From Spirochaetia bacterium (GTDB lineage: Bacteria; Spirochaetota; Spirochaetia; CADAEX01), in assembly GCA_045606105.1 (NCBI GenBank), contig JAZURI010000001.1:127287-191286 (forward strand): a DNA stretch of 64,000 nucleotides, given 5' to 3'. Positions 9,793 to 19,804 of this stretch are shown piece by piece. The translations under genes and the position numbers were made by a program. The number at the start of each line of letters is the position of its first letter. The stretch's first letter is position 1. Below the pieces are notes generated by a model. It was given only the letters and a program-made list of their open reading frames with translations. It did no database searches and had not been told where the DNA came from.

Positions 9793-10668
9793 TCAGTTAC
9801 CGCTTCCCTTTTCAAAGGCCCTTGTCAGGGATTCTGCCAGATAGGTCATGTTGTTTATGTAATCGTATTCCAGTACGGAAAACATGATTATTTCCCCTTT
9901 GATGGCGGCGGCAATCTTCTGTGTCCCGGCTGCCGGAAACTCAGGCTGCATGAAGATGGTTCTCACCCTGTCGGCTTCCGCCTCTGCCACCAGCTTTCTT
10001 ATCTGTGCCGGCGAAGGCTCCCTGCTGCCTGTTTCTATGGACTTCTGCACAAGGCCGTATCTTTGGGCAAAATAGTCCAGGGCTGAATGATAGACATAGA
10101 AAATCCGGCCCCTGTAGGGTGCAAGCCTGCTTCCGATATCCCTGTCAAGCTTATCCAGCCTGCTTATGAACTCCCTGCAGTTTGCCATGTAGAAATCCCT
10201 GTTTCCACTGTCTGCCTCGGAAAGGGCGGATGCAATGTTTTCAGCCACTTTCTTTACCTTCACCGGATCTGTCCAGATATGGGGATCAGCCTCCCCGTGG
10301 TGATGATGCTCTTCTCCGTGACCGTGATTATGACATCCCGATTTTTCAATTCCGGCAGAAATGTCGTATACCGAAAAGCTCCCGGTGCTGTTCTTCAGCC
10401 GGCCCAGAAACATGTTTTCAGACTGGATGCCCATGGTCAGGTAAACATCAGCCTTGCCCAGCTCTATGATCTGTCTTGCGGAGGGATCGAAATTTTCGGG
10501 ACTTCTTCCCTGGGGAACCAGCACCGAAACCTGAACCTTTTCACCGCCTATCTGTTCCGTAAAGAATTTCTGGGGCATGATGCTTACGAAAACCTTCAGC
10601 TTCTCCTCTGAGAAGGCATTTCCTGTGATGAAGATCAAAAGAAAGGAGAATATTATAAGCTTTTTCAT
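9793..10668 (-). CDS. znuA: Zn ABC transporter substrate-binding protein
   Basis: His-rich loop HNHGHGEEHHHHGEA, DPHIW; ATGA overlap with upstream regulator. Confidence 0.85.
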   Translation of the reverse strand: MKKLIIFSFLLIFITGNAFSEEKLKVFVSIMPQKFFTEQIGGEKVQVSVLVPQGRSPENFDPSARQIIELGKADVYLTMGIQSENMFLGRLKNSTGSFSVYDISAGIEKSGCHNHGHGEEHHHHGEADPHIWTDPVKVKKVAENIASALSEADSGNRDFYMANCREFISRLDKLDRDIGSRLAPYRGRIFYVYHSALDYFAQRYGLVQKSIETGSREPSPAQIRKLVAEAEADRVRTIFMQPEFPAAGTQKIAAAIKGEIIMFSVLEYDYINNMTYLAESLTRAFEKGSGN

Positions 10669-10931
10669 TCCTGTTTTTCCTTGCCGTTGCATTTGATGTA
10701 GAGCTCGTTGCAGTCACTGCACTTTTCTATGGAATGGGTTTTTGAGAATTTTTCCCAGTGCTCCCGCTGTGATATGGAAATAAGTCCGGTGCCGCTGCAG
10801 AGAGGACATGTGTTCTGCATATATTCAAGTACCGCATTGCGGATAAAGTCTGATCTGTTGGGTACATTCCTGAGCATGGCTGCCAGTTCCTCGTCTGCCT
10901 TGAAGGAGATGACCTCTGTCTTTTCTGTCAT
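10665..10931 (-). CDS. Ribbon-helix-helix (CopG-like) regulator with C-terminal Cys/His metal-binding region
   Basis: VISFKADEELAAML...NRSDFIRNAV RHH pattern; CPLC, H, H, CSDC, C; GAGGT RBS. Confidence 0.75.
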   Translation of the reverse strand: MTEKTEVISFKADEELAAMLRNVPNRSDFIRNAVLEYMQNTCPLCSGTGLISISQREHWEKFSKTHSIEKCSDCNELYIKCNGKEKQE

Positions 10932-10940
10932 TTTTACCTC

Positions 10941-10988
10941 GGTAATACTTTGTAATACCAAGATAATCCATCACATGTAGTATGTCAA
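10941..10988 (-). promoter_or_regulatory. Promoter and putative operator of the RHH-znuACB operon
   Basis: TTGACA(10988-10983)-17bp-TATCTT, followed immediately by GGTATTAC-AAA-GTATTACC (10941-10959). Confidence 0.65.
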
Positions 10989-12071
10989 TCAGAAATCATT
11001 GAATCTTGAGAAAAGTCTGTCGCCCAGATATATTCCGGCCCATTCCCAGCTGCCGTGGATTTCGGGGTCTGCAGGGAAATCTATTTTCCTGAAATAGAGA
11101 TACCAGGTGTTGATTCTGTGTTCCCAGCCTGATGTGCGGAGATAGGCTTCCCTGGAATTCGAAACCTTGTCCAGTGTGCTGCTGACCCAGACATAGCTGT
11201 TCAGGAAGCTTCCTATGTTTTCTGCAGCAGGGGTCACCTCTCCCGTTTCATCCTCCCATGAGGACATGAAGAAATTGACCTCAGACATGTATTTTTTCAG
11301 CTGTCTGGCATTTTTGCTGTATTTGCCCGATTTTATGGCCTGGGAAACCTTTTTCACCAGTTCGTCCAGACTTTCGTCCGCCCAGGTGATATCGGTGTTG
11401 TAATATGCAACCATATTGCCGGCATATTCATGGGCCGATGAATTTCCCGGTATCGAGGCTTCCGGATAGCTCAGGAATTTTTTGTAGGACTGGATAGCCT
11501 GATCCCAGTCACCCAGTTCTCCGTATGTATTACCCATGTAGAAATAGATTTCTCCCGGCTCTGCCTTGTCGGGAAACCTGGTTATGATATCCCTGAAGCA
11601 GGCAATCTTTTCCTCCGGATAGGTGCTGTATCTGATAAGGGCCCTGAGACTGAGATAGTGGACCGATTCTCCGCGGAAATTCACATCGCTGCAGTTGTTG
11701 ATGATTCTCCTGAAATAGTGGAGGGCAAAGGGAAGTGCATCCTTGTCCATGGAATTTCCTGCCATGGTGAAAAGATAAAAGGCGTTGTAGGGATCATCCG
11801 GATGGGAGTGGACATAATCAGACAGGAACAGATTTATAAGCTCAGGGTCGGAATTCCGGTCCAGCATCCCCTTGATCTGCATCATGGTTATGTAGTTCTT
11901 TTCGTAGTCCGCTTCCTCTTCCGCAGATATTTTCAGGGAGGAGACAAGCTGTCCGAATCTTTCCGCATCCCCCTTTTCCATGCCGGAGGTATATATGTCT
12001 CTGCCGCAGGAAGTGAAAACCAGCACCGCCGTCAGCAGTACGGCAGTGAGTATCCGCCTGATATTTTTCAT
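10989..12071 (-). CDS. TPR-containing lipoprotein
   Basis: LVFTSC lipobox; TPR YFYMGNTYGELGDWDQAIQSYKKFL. Confidence 0.8.
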   Translation of the reverse strand: MKNIRRILTAVLLTAVLVFTSCGRDIYTSGMEKGDAERFGQLVSSLKISAEEEADYEKNYITMMQIKGMLDRNSDPELINLFLSDYVHSHPDDPYNAFYLFTMAGNSMDKDALPFALHYFRRIINNCSDVNFRGESVHYLSLRALIRYSTYPEEKIACFRDIITRFPDKAEPGEIYFYMGNTYGELGDWDQAIQSYKKFLSYPEASIPGNSSAHEYAGNMVAYYNTDITWADESLDELVKKVSQAIKSGKYSKNARQLKKYMSEVNFFMSSWEDETGEVTPAAENIGSFLNSYVWVSSTLDKVSNSREAYLRTSGWEHRINTWYLYFRKIDFPADPEIHGSWEWAGIYLGDRLFSRFNDF

Positions 12072-12156
12072 ATTTTAAAAATATATCACACCAAATAAGA
12101 GTTGGCAAGAACAGCACTATCTGTTAAAATGTATGTATTAAGGAGAATCACGGAAA

Positions 12157-13365
12157 ATGGGTGAAATCATTACACTTAAGGATGGGACGATTTGTGTTCC
12201 CGACAATCCAATTATTCCATATATCGAAGGGGACGGAACAGGTCCCGACATCACAAGAACCGCGCTGCCGGTAATAGATGAGGCTGTAAGGCTTGCTTAC
12301 GGCGGAAAAAGAGCAATAGAGTGGAAAGAGGTTCTGGCAGGAGAAAAGGCCTTCAATATAACAGGCGACTGGCTTCCTGAAGAGACTCTCGAGGCTTTCA
12401 GGAAATACAGGGTAGGTATCAAGGGTCCTCTCACAACTCCGGTAGGAGAGGGAAGAAGAAGCCTCAATGTGGCACTTCGCCAGCTTCTTGACCTTTATGT
12501 ATGTCTCCGTCCGGTAAAATATTATCCAGGAGTTCCTTCCCCGGTAAAGAATCCGCAGCTGGTAGACATGGTGGTTTTCAGAGAAAACACTGAGGATGTC
12601 TACATCGGATATGAAACACCGGCCGGTAACGAAAATACCGAAAAGCTGGCCGCATTCCTCAAGGAGACCTTCGGATGGAACATTCCCGAGGGAGCCGGAA
12701 TCGGAATCAAGCCTGTAAGCAAGGCCAGAACAGAACGCCTTGTAAGAGCAGCCATCGAATATGCAATCGAAAACAAGCGCAGATATGTTACCATTGTCCA
12801 CAAGGGAAATATCATGAAGTTTACCGAAGGGGCATTCCGCAACTGGTGCTACGAGCTTGCAGCCAGGGAATATCCGGGCAGGGTAATGACATGGGAAGAG
12901 GCCGGGGACAATCCTCCTGAAGATGTTATCATCATCAAGGACTGTATTGCCGATGCATTCCTCCAGCAGATCCTTACCCGTCCTGCAGAGCATGAGGTTA
13001 TCGCCACCCTTAACCTTAACGGAGACTATGTTTCCGACGCCCTTGCGGCTCAGGTAGGTGGAATCGGTATCGCACCGGGTGCAAATATCAACTATACCGA
13101 CATGGTAGGTATCTTCGAGGCAACCCACGGTACAGCACCTAAATATGCCAACCTGAACAAGGTAAACCCATCCTCCATGATTCTTTCTGCATCCATGATG
13201 CTGGATTTCATGGGCTGGAAGGAGGCTGCGGCTCTCATCGAGAAGGGAATTTCCGGAGCAATCGCATCGAAGCGGGTAACCTACGATTTTGCCCGTCTCA
13301 TGGATGGAGCTGAAAAGATCTCCACCAGCGAATTCGGAAAATGTATTATTGAAAATATGAGGTAA
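12157..13365 (+). CDS. icd: NADP-dependent isocitrate dehydrogenase
   Basis: [42 protein letters not shown]. Confidence 0.97.
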   Translation: MGEIITLKDGTICVPDNPIIPYIEGDGTGPDITRTALPVIDEAVRLAYGGKRAIEWKEVLAGEKAFNITGDWLPEETLEAFRKYRVGIKGPLTTPVGEGRRSLNVALRQLLDLYVCLRPVKYYPGVPSPVKNPQLVDMVVFRENTEDVYIGYETPAGNENTEKLAAFLKETFGWNIPEGAGIGIKPVSKARTERLVRAAIEYAIENKRRYVTIVHKGNIMKFTEGAFRNWCYELAAREYPGRVMTWEEAGDNPPEDVIIIKDCIADAFLQQILTRPAEHEVIATLNLNGDYVSDALAAQVGGIGIAPGANINYTDMVGIFEATHGTAPKYANLNKVNPSSMILSASMMLDFMGWKEAAALIEKGISGAIASKRVTYDFARLMDGAEKISTSEFGKCIIENMR

Positions 13366-13367
13366 AA

Positions 13368-13895
13368 GTGAAGGATACACCGATAAAGCTGTTGTTTTCA
13401 GGTATTATATTGTTTATTGCGGGACTGGCTTTCATCCTGCATAAGATATACGGAGCGGCATTTCTCAACATTGCCCTTCCCCTTATCTGTTTCCTCAGCG
13501 GTGTATTCATGCTTATCCTTTCCATCAGCAGCAGGGGGAAAACCTGGAATTTCATAACCGGGGTTTTTCTCTGTCTGACCTGTGCATTGCTCATATGCTA
13601 TGAGATAATCTTTCCGGGTGTTGAGTTCAGGGCGATATGGCCTGTATTCATGTTCCTTTTCGGACTGATTGTCTTTATTTATTCCATCCGGGGAAAACAG
13701 GGGCGTAATGTGAAAATCATGGTGCCTTCCATGGCTATCTGTATTCTGGCCCTGATATTCCTCCCATTCAGCCTGAAGCTGATAACAATGAGCCTTTTCC
13801 GTTTCATGGAGTACTGGTGGCCTGTTATCTTCTGTATCCTGGGGCTGATACTTCTTTCCGTCTATTTCTGGAAAAGCATGAAAAGGAAGAAATAG
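13368..13895 (+). CDS. Membrane protein (LiaF/DUF5668-like WP repeats)
   Basis: Hydrophobic; IWPVF and YWWPVI motifs. Confidence 0.6.
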   Translation: MKDTPIKLLFSGIILFIAGLAFILHKIYGAAFLNIALPLICFLSGVFMLILSISSRGKTWNFITGVFLCLTCALLICYEIIFPGVEFRAIWPVFMFLFGLIVFIYSIRGKQGRNVKIMVPSMAICILALIFLPFSLKLITMSLFRFMEYWWPVIFCILGLILLSVYFWKSMKRKK

Positions 13896-13899
13896 TCTG

Positions 13900-14769
13900 T
13901 TATTTTCCCTTCCGGGCCAGCAGCAGGACTGCGGCAAATGAAAGAACAATTCCCGTAAGCTTCAGCAGGGTCAGTCCCTCCCTGAAAACACATATTCCCA
14001 CAAGTGTTCCCACAAGAGGCTCCACCGCCACAAGTATGGCAGCCTTTCCCGTTTCCAGCCTTACCAGACCGTAGGTATAGAAAAAGTAGGGCAGCACAGT
14101 ACAGAACAGGGCAATTCCCGCCACCCACAGTGCGGTAACCGGCTCCATGGCCGAAGCTATATGGCCGAAATTACAGAACGGAATTATGCTTAATCCCGAA
14201 AAAAGGAATGTATAGAAGGTTACGGTCAGCGGATTGTACCGCACCAGGGCATACCGGCTGAAAATCGAATAAAGGGCATATCCCAGACCTGCTCCCAGAC
14301 CGATAAGGAATCCCTGCAGGTTTATGGTGCCGTCTCCCGAAAGGATTCCTGAAACCAGTATACATCCCCCGAAGGTCATGGCCAGCGCCAGAAGCTTGAC
14401 AGAGGTGATTTTTTCCCTGAACAGGAACAGCGACATTATCAGGACAAAGATGGGGGATGTATAAAGCAGGATAACGGCCACGGAGGCTCCCACCTCAAGT
14501 ATGGTCCTGAAATAGCACAGCGAAAAGAAGGTAAGGCTGATTACCCCCGAACCTATGAACATCCAGATATCCCTAAGCCTGAAGCAGAGATATCTCCTGT
14601 TGGTGAAAAAAAGGAACAGAAACATGAATCCGCAGGAAATAAGGGCCCTGAGAGCCAGTATTTCGGGAAGTGAGAAGTCTGCGGAGTCAATCTGCTTTAT
14701 GAAAATGCTTATGCAGCCCCAGAGAACACCGGCAGCCACCACGGAAGCAATATATCTTGTCTGGTTCAT
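13900..14769 (-). CDS. EamA/DMT family transporter
   Basis: 10 TM, duplicated EamA pattern, LLYTSPIFV, EPLVG. Confidence 0.9.
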   Translation of the reverse strand: MNQTRYIASVVAAGVLWGCISIFIKQIDSADFSLPEILALRALISCGFMFLFLFFTNRRYLCFRLRDIWMFIGSGVISLTFFSLCYFRTILEVGASVAVILLYTSPIFVLIMSLFLFREKITSVKLLALAMTFGGCILVSGILSGDGTINLQGFLIGLGAGLGYALYSIFSRYALVRYNPLTVTFYTFLFSGLSIIPFCNFGHIASAMEPVTALWVAGIALFCTVLPYFFYTYGLVRLETGKAAILVAVEPLVGTLVGICVFREGLTLLKLTGIVLSFAAVLLLARKGK

Positions 14770-14851
14770 GGTCTGATTTTCTCAATTTTCATCTAATTTA
14801 TCAATAGGTTTTATTTCCCCCTTTTTTTTTTAAATAAAAGGTATTAATATA

Positions 14852-16849
14852 ATGGGCAAGGAGATAATAATGGACAATAAAGCAATTGCTGCGGTGGCAA
14901 ATTCGATCCGTGCACTTTCCATGGATCAGATTCAGAAGGCAAAATCAGGTCATCCCGGACTTCCGTTGGGATGTGCAGAGCTGGGAGCACTTATTTTCGG
15001 TGAAATCCTCAGGCACAATCCAAAGGCTTCGGACTGGGCAGACCGCGACAGGTTTGTTCTTTCGGCAGGACACGGATCAGCCCTCCTGTACAGCCTGCTT
15101 CATCTTTCCGGATACGACCTTTCCATGGAAGACCTCAAAAGCTTCCGTCAGCTGGGTTCAAGAACTCCGGGACATCCCGAATACGGATGGACAGACGGTG
15201 TGGAGACAACCACGGGCCCTCTCGGTGCCGGATTCACAAATGCCGTAGGTATGGCAATTGCGGAGCAGATGCTTGCTGCAAAGTTCAACACACCTGAGCA
15301 CAGCATCGTTGACCATTTTACATATGTACTTTCAGGTGACGGCTGCATGATGGAGGGTCTTACCTCAGAAGCCGCATCCCTGGCCGGAACCCTGGGGCTG
15401 GGAAAGCTGGTCGTTTTCTATGACGACAACGGAATCACCATCGAGGGTAAGACAGATCTTGCATTTACAGAAAACGTGAAGGGACGCTTCGAAGCCTACA
15501 ACTGGCAGGTTCTCTCCGGAGATGCATACGATATCGACGGAATCATGAAGCTTGTGGATGAAGCAAAAAAAGAGACATCAAAGCCTTCACTCATCATCCT
15601 TAAATCAATTATCGGAAAAGGCTCCCCTAACAAGGCCGGCAGCCACAGCGTACACGGCGCCCCTCTGGGACCTGACGAAATCATCGAGGCAAGAAAGGTT
15701 CTTGGAATTCCTGTGGATCAGGATTTCTATGTTTTCCCTGAAGCCAGAAAATATTTTGAAGATAAGGCTGCCGGATGGAGCAGTGCATACGAGGAATGGA
15801 AAAAGACCTTTGAGGCATGGAAGAAGGCAAATCCTGAACTGGCTGCCGAATGGGAAGCCTATATGGCAGGAGCTTCCGTTACAGTTGCTTCCGACAAGCT
15901 GCCGGGCTTCAAGGTGGGAGACAAGATCGCCACAAGAAGTGCCAGCGGAAAGACTCTGGTAAAAATCTGCGGCGAAGCTGGAAATGTTGTGGGAGGCTCT
16001 GCAGACCTGGCCCCTTCCAACAATACAGTAGTTCCTGAAAACGGCGATTTCTCAGCCGTGAACCGTCTCGGAAGAACACTCCATTTCGGTATCAGGGAGC
16101 ATGCAATGGGAGGTATCTCCAACGGTATCGTCCTCCACGGCGGACTCCGTTCCTATTGTGCCACATTCCTTTCATTTGCAGACTACATGAGACCTACAGT
16201 ACGCCTTGCCGCAATCATGAAGATTCCTACAGTATTTATTTTCACCCATGACTCCATCTATGTGGGAGAAGACGGTCCTACACACCAGCCTGTCGAGCAG
16301 CTGGAATCTCTCCGTGTTATCCCTAACGTTCAGGTAATCCGTCCGGGAGATGCCCAGGAGGTTGAGGTTGCTTGGCAGATGGCTATGGAAACCGCCGACA
16401 AGCCTACCTGTATGGCATTCACCCGTCAGGATATCGTGGTTTACGAAAAAGAGGACAGACAGTGGAAGAAGAACATGCGCAGAGGTGCATATATCGTGAA
16501 GGACTGTGCCGGAACTCCTGATGTGGTGGTTGTTGCCACAGGCTCCGAGGTTTCTCTTGCAGTTGCAGCCGCAGAAAAGACAAAGAAGAAGGTAAGGGTT
16601 GTTTCCATGCCTTGCCGTGAGCTTTTCGAGGCCCAGAGTGCTGCCTACAGGAACAAGCTGCTTCCTAAGGGAGTACGCGTGGTGGTTGCAGAATGCGGAA
16701 TTCCTACAGGCTGGAGAGGTTATGCCGATGAAAAGGACATTCTCGGAATCAGCACCTTCGGAGAATCGGGAAAATATGCCGATGTAGCTGCAAGGTTCGG
16801 TTACACAGCCGAAAACCTGGCAAAGATAATCAACAGAAGATGCTGCTGA
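14852..16849 (+). CDS. tkt: Transketolase
   Basis: SGHPG, RDRFVLSAGH, GDGCMMEG, THDSIYVGEDGPTHQP; true start may be ATG 14870. Confidence 0.97.
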   Translation: MGKEIIMDNKAIAAVANSIRALSMDQIQKAKSGHPGLPLGCAELGALIFGEILRHNPKASDWADRDRFVLSAGHGSALLYSLLHLSGYDLSMEDLKSFRQLGSRTPGHPEYGWTDGVETTTGPLGAGFTNAVGMAIAEQMLAAKFNTPEHSIVDHFTYVLSGDGCMMEGLTSEAASLAGTLGLGKLVVFYDDNGITIEGKTDLAFTENVKGRFEAYNWQVLSGDAYDIDGIMKLVDEAKKETSKPSLIILKSIIGKGSPNKAGSHSVHGAPLGPDEIIEARKVLGIPVDQDFYVFPEARKYFEDKAAGWSSAYEEWKKTFEAWKKANPELAAEWEAYMAGASVTVASDKLPGFKVGDKIATRSASGKTLVKICGEAGNVVGGSADLAPSNNTVVPENGDFSAVNRLGRTLHFGIREHAMGGISNGIVLHGGLRSYCATFLSFADYMRPTVRLAAIMKIPTVFIFTHDSIYVGEDGPTHQPVEQLESLRVIPNVQVIRPGDAQEVEVAWQMAMETADKPTCMAFTRQDIVVYEKEDRQWKKNMRRGAYIVKDCAGTPDVVVVATGSEVSLAVAAAEKTKKKVRVVSMPCRELFEAQSAAYRNKLLPKGVRVVVAECGIPTGWRGYADEKDILGISTFGESGKYADVAARFGYTAENLAKIINRRCC

Positions 16850-18195
16850 AATTTCCCGCCCCTGTAGTTGAGTTTGCAGAGATAGTTTTCAGGGGCGGAT
16901 ATGAAATCTATCTGGTAGGAGGTGCCGTAAGGAACATAAAGTGCGGCCTTCCTCCGGATGATTATGACTTTACTACCAATGCCACACCTCAGCAGATTAC
17001 CTCTCTCTTCCGGAAGGTCATACCCACAGGAATAGAGCACGGTACGGTAACAGTTCTTTTCAAGGGCTTTTCCTTTGAGGTCACCACATACCGCATAGAC
17101 GGAAAATATTCCAATTCCAGACATCCCGACAAGGTAATCTACAGTACAGATCTTTCCGAAGACCTCAGAAGAAGGGACTTTACCATAAATGCCATGGCAC
17201 TGGATGTCCGCAACAACAGATTTATCGACATGCACGGTGGTATGGAGGATCTGAAAAACGGAATTATCCGTGCCATCGGAAACCCGGATGAACGGTTTGC
17301 CGAGGACGGACTCCGTATCCTGAGGGCCTGCCGTTTTGCCGCCCAGCTGGAATTCGACATAGAACCTCTGACCCTGGAGGGGATGAGACACAACAGTCAC
17401 CGGCTTGCGGGAATTTCTGCGGAGCGTATCAGGGATGAACTGGTAAAGACCATGAATGCGGAGCATCCCTCCAGGGCCTTCATTGTAATGCATGAAACCG
17501 GGGTGCTGAAGTATGTCCTTCCCGAACTGGAGGAGGGCTTCGGAATGGTGCAGCGGGAGCTTCACCGCTACGATGTTTTCCATCACATAATCTACAGCTG
17601 CGACTTTGCCGAAAAGGATGCCGTACTCAGGATGACAGCCCTTCTCCACGATATAGGAAAGCCCCGCTGTCTCGAAATCAGGGACGGTGTTCCAACCTTT
17701 TACAGGCACGAGGAGATTTCGGCCGAAATGGCAGGGGAAATTCTCCGCAGGCTCAGGTTTTCAAAATCTGACGAAAGCCATATCTGTCACCTTATCCGTT
17801 ACCACATGTTCCATTACACATCGGACTGGAGCGACAGTGCCGTAAGACGCTTTGTCTCAAAGGTGAGACCGGAGAACATATCCGATCTTTTCAGGCTCAG
17901 GTTTGCCGACAGGGCTGCCATGTCAGGCTCTTCCGCCCACGCCCTGACACCGGACGATATCGAGTTTGCAAGAAGGATTGACGGAATAATAAAGGAAAAA
18001 TCGGCTCTTTCCATGAAGGATCTGTGTATAAACGGCAATATTCTTGCCGAAAAGGGAGGCATTCCCAAAGGACCTCACATGGGAACTGTTCTCAGTTTTC
18101 TTCTGGAGTCGGTACTTGATGATCCTGCCCTCAACGAGCAGGAGAAGCTTCTGGAGCTGGCAGTGAATTTCTACAGGAGCCGGATCAGTCTATAG
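16840..18195 (+). CDS. cca: CCA tRNA nucleotidyltransferase with HD domain
   Basis: VGGAVR..DYD, RRDFTINA, EDGLRILR, ERIRDE, LLHDIGK. Confidence 0.9.
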   Translation: MLLKFPAPVVEFAEIVFRGGYEIYLVGGAVRNIKCGLPPDDYDFTTNATPQQITSLFRKVIPTGIEHGTVTVLFKGFSFEVTTYRIDGKYSNSRHPDKVIYSTDLSEDLRRRDFTINAMALDVRNNRFIDMHGGMEDLKNGIIRAIGNPDERFAEDGLRILRACRFAAQLEFDIEPLTLEGMRHNSHRLAGISAERIRDELVKTMNAEHPSRAFIVMHETGVLKYVLPELEEGFGMVQRELHRYDVFHHIIYSCDFAEKDAVLRMTALLHDIGKPRCLEIRDGVPTFYRHEEISAEMAGEILRRLRFSKSDESHICHLIRYHMFHYTSDWSDSAVRRFVSKVRPENISDLFRLRFADRAAMSGSSAHALTPDDIEFARRIDGIIKEKSALSMKDLCINGNILAEKGGIPKGPHMGTVLSFLLESVLDDPALNEQEKLLELAVNFYRSRISL

Positions 18196-19288
18196 GACGG
18201 ATATGTCCCGGATCACTTATCACATTCTCGTACAGGGTCTTGTATTTATCGCCGAAAAGCTTCAGTGTATGGCGTTTCAGGATAAGCTCCCTTCCTTTCT
18301 GTCCCATGTCCCAGAGCTGAGGAATCTCCACCTTTTTCAGGATTTCATAGAGCTCGTCCCCTTTGCCCGGAGTGAAAAGGAAGCCTGTTTCCCCGTCGGT
18401 TACGGTTTCAGGGTTTCCTCCGCAGCGTGATGCAATGAGAGGTGTACCGCTGGCCATGGTTTCCAGAGGAATATATGAGAATGCCTCATCCCAGCGTACC
18501 GGAAGAACAGTAACATCGGAATTTGCATAGAAGGCACTTACCTCCTGAGGGCTTTTCAGGAAGCCTACCCAGTTGATGGCCGGATCCCCTTCGGTCTTTT
18601 TCTGGAGAAAGCTTTTCAGGGTTCCGTTTCCTACGATATTCAGCTTTACCTTCCTTTCCTTGGAAAGCTGCTGTACCACGTCGATAAGGAGGTCGATTCC
18701 CTTTTCCGGGGTAATCTGTCCCACAAAGGTTATTTCCAGGGTATCGTGAGGAGTATATTCCACCGGCTTGAAGATCTCAGGATTTACTCCCGCATAGAGA
18801 AGAACAATTTTTTCTTTGGGAACACATCCTATTTCCTCCAGCTGTTTCTTTACAAACTGGCTTATGGCCACATGACAGGCCGCATTTCTGAAATTTCTTT
18901 TTGTAAGGGTGAAGAATTCATTCATGAACTTGTCCACCATGTACTTCTTGGAACCTACAGACATGTGGAAGGTACAGATCAGGGGAACATCCAGCTTTTT
19001 CCTGAATTTCTCGATGGAAAAATCGAGTCTTCCCGACGGATGGTGATGATGGATGACATCCGGTTCGAATTCCTTCAGCCTTTCAAGGACATCGTTGGGA
19101 TGCTTTGCCCATGGAAGGATGCCGCCGATAAGGTATGAATCGGGTTCATATACGGGAATTGCCTGCTTTTTCCACTTGGCTTCGCTGACTACGAGGGTTT
19201 CCTGGTTGATTTCTTCAAAATACCTATAAATGTTAAGGGCGTAAGAAGCGATCCCCCTTACGCCGCTGTGAATGTGAGCAATCTTCAT
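18185..19288 (-). CDS. Glycosyltransferase family 4
   Basis: GT-B: EAFSYIPLETMASGTPLIAS. Confidence 0.9.
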   Translation of the reverse strand: MKIAHIHSGVRGIASYALNIYRYFEEINQETLVVSEAKWKKQAIPVYEPDSYLIGGILPWAKHPNDVLERLKEFEPDVIHHHHPSGRLDFSIEKFRKKLDVPLICTFHMSVGSKKYMVDKFMNEFFTLTKRNFRNAACHVAISQFVKKQLEEIGCVPKEKIVLLYAGVNPEIFKPVEYTPHDTLEITFVGQITPEKGIDLLIDVVQQLSKERKVKLNIVGNGTLKSFLQKKTEGDPAINWVGFLKSPQEVSAFYANSDVTVLPVRWDEAFSYIPLETMASGTPLIASRCGGNPETVTDGETGFLFTPGKGDELYEILKKVEIPQLWDMGQKGRELILKRHTLKLFGDKYKTLYENVISDPGHIRPID

Positions 19289-19322
19289 GTCAGTTAAATG
19301 ATACTATGGAAAAATTATCCTG

Positions 19323-19724
19323 TCAATCTTTACGGAATGCGGTTCCGTGGTACAGGGCAATCATCTCCCCGTTTTCGTTTGTTATCCTTACATCGTACCG
19401 TGCCAGGGTCTTCTTACAGGAAACCTCCACCGCCTCCGCAGTCAGTATTCCCTCCGAAACTCCCTTTATGAAGGAGACCGATGCCTCCACAGCCACCGCT
19501 GTCTTGCCTCTGGAATTGGCTGCCATGGCAAATGCATAGTCGGCCAGGGTAAAAAGAAGTCCCCCCTGGATTATCCCCACTCCGTTCAGGTGGTGGTTCC
19601 TGATCTTTACGGAAGCTCTGCCGTATCCGGGTCTCACTTCCTCAGGCTCTATTCCGCAGAAATTTACAAATCTGTCATTTTCCAGTCTTACTACTACGTC
19701 GTCAGCAATATCTTCGGTTTTCAT
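19323..19724 (-). CDS. PaaI family thioesterase
   Basis: HLNGVGIIQGGLLFTLAD hotdog motif. Confidence 0.9.
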   Translation of the reverse strand: MKTEDIADDVVVRLENDRFVNFCGIEPEEVRPGYGRASVKIRNHHLNGVGIIQGGLLFTLADYAFAMAANSRGKTAVAVEASVSFIKGVSEGILTAEAVEVSCKKTLARYDVRITNENGEMIALYHGTAFRKD

Positions 19725-19804
19725 ATATGTTAAATATAATTACTATAAAAATAAATTACAACAAACATTGAATAAAACATATTTTTTCTTATATATTTAA
19801 AAAC

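Noticed and set aside
12148-13380. 410-aa antisense ORF over icd, and similar shadow ORFs (4525-5388, 16801-17709, 36703-37575, 46980-47816, 49184-49951)
   Set aside because: They mirror well-supported genes on the opposite strand, have no recognisable motifs, and are expected from codon bias.
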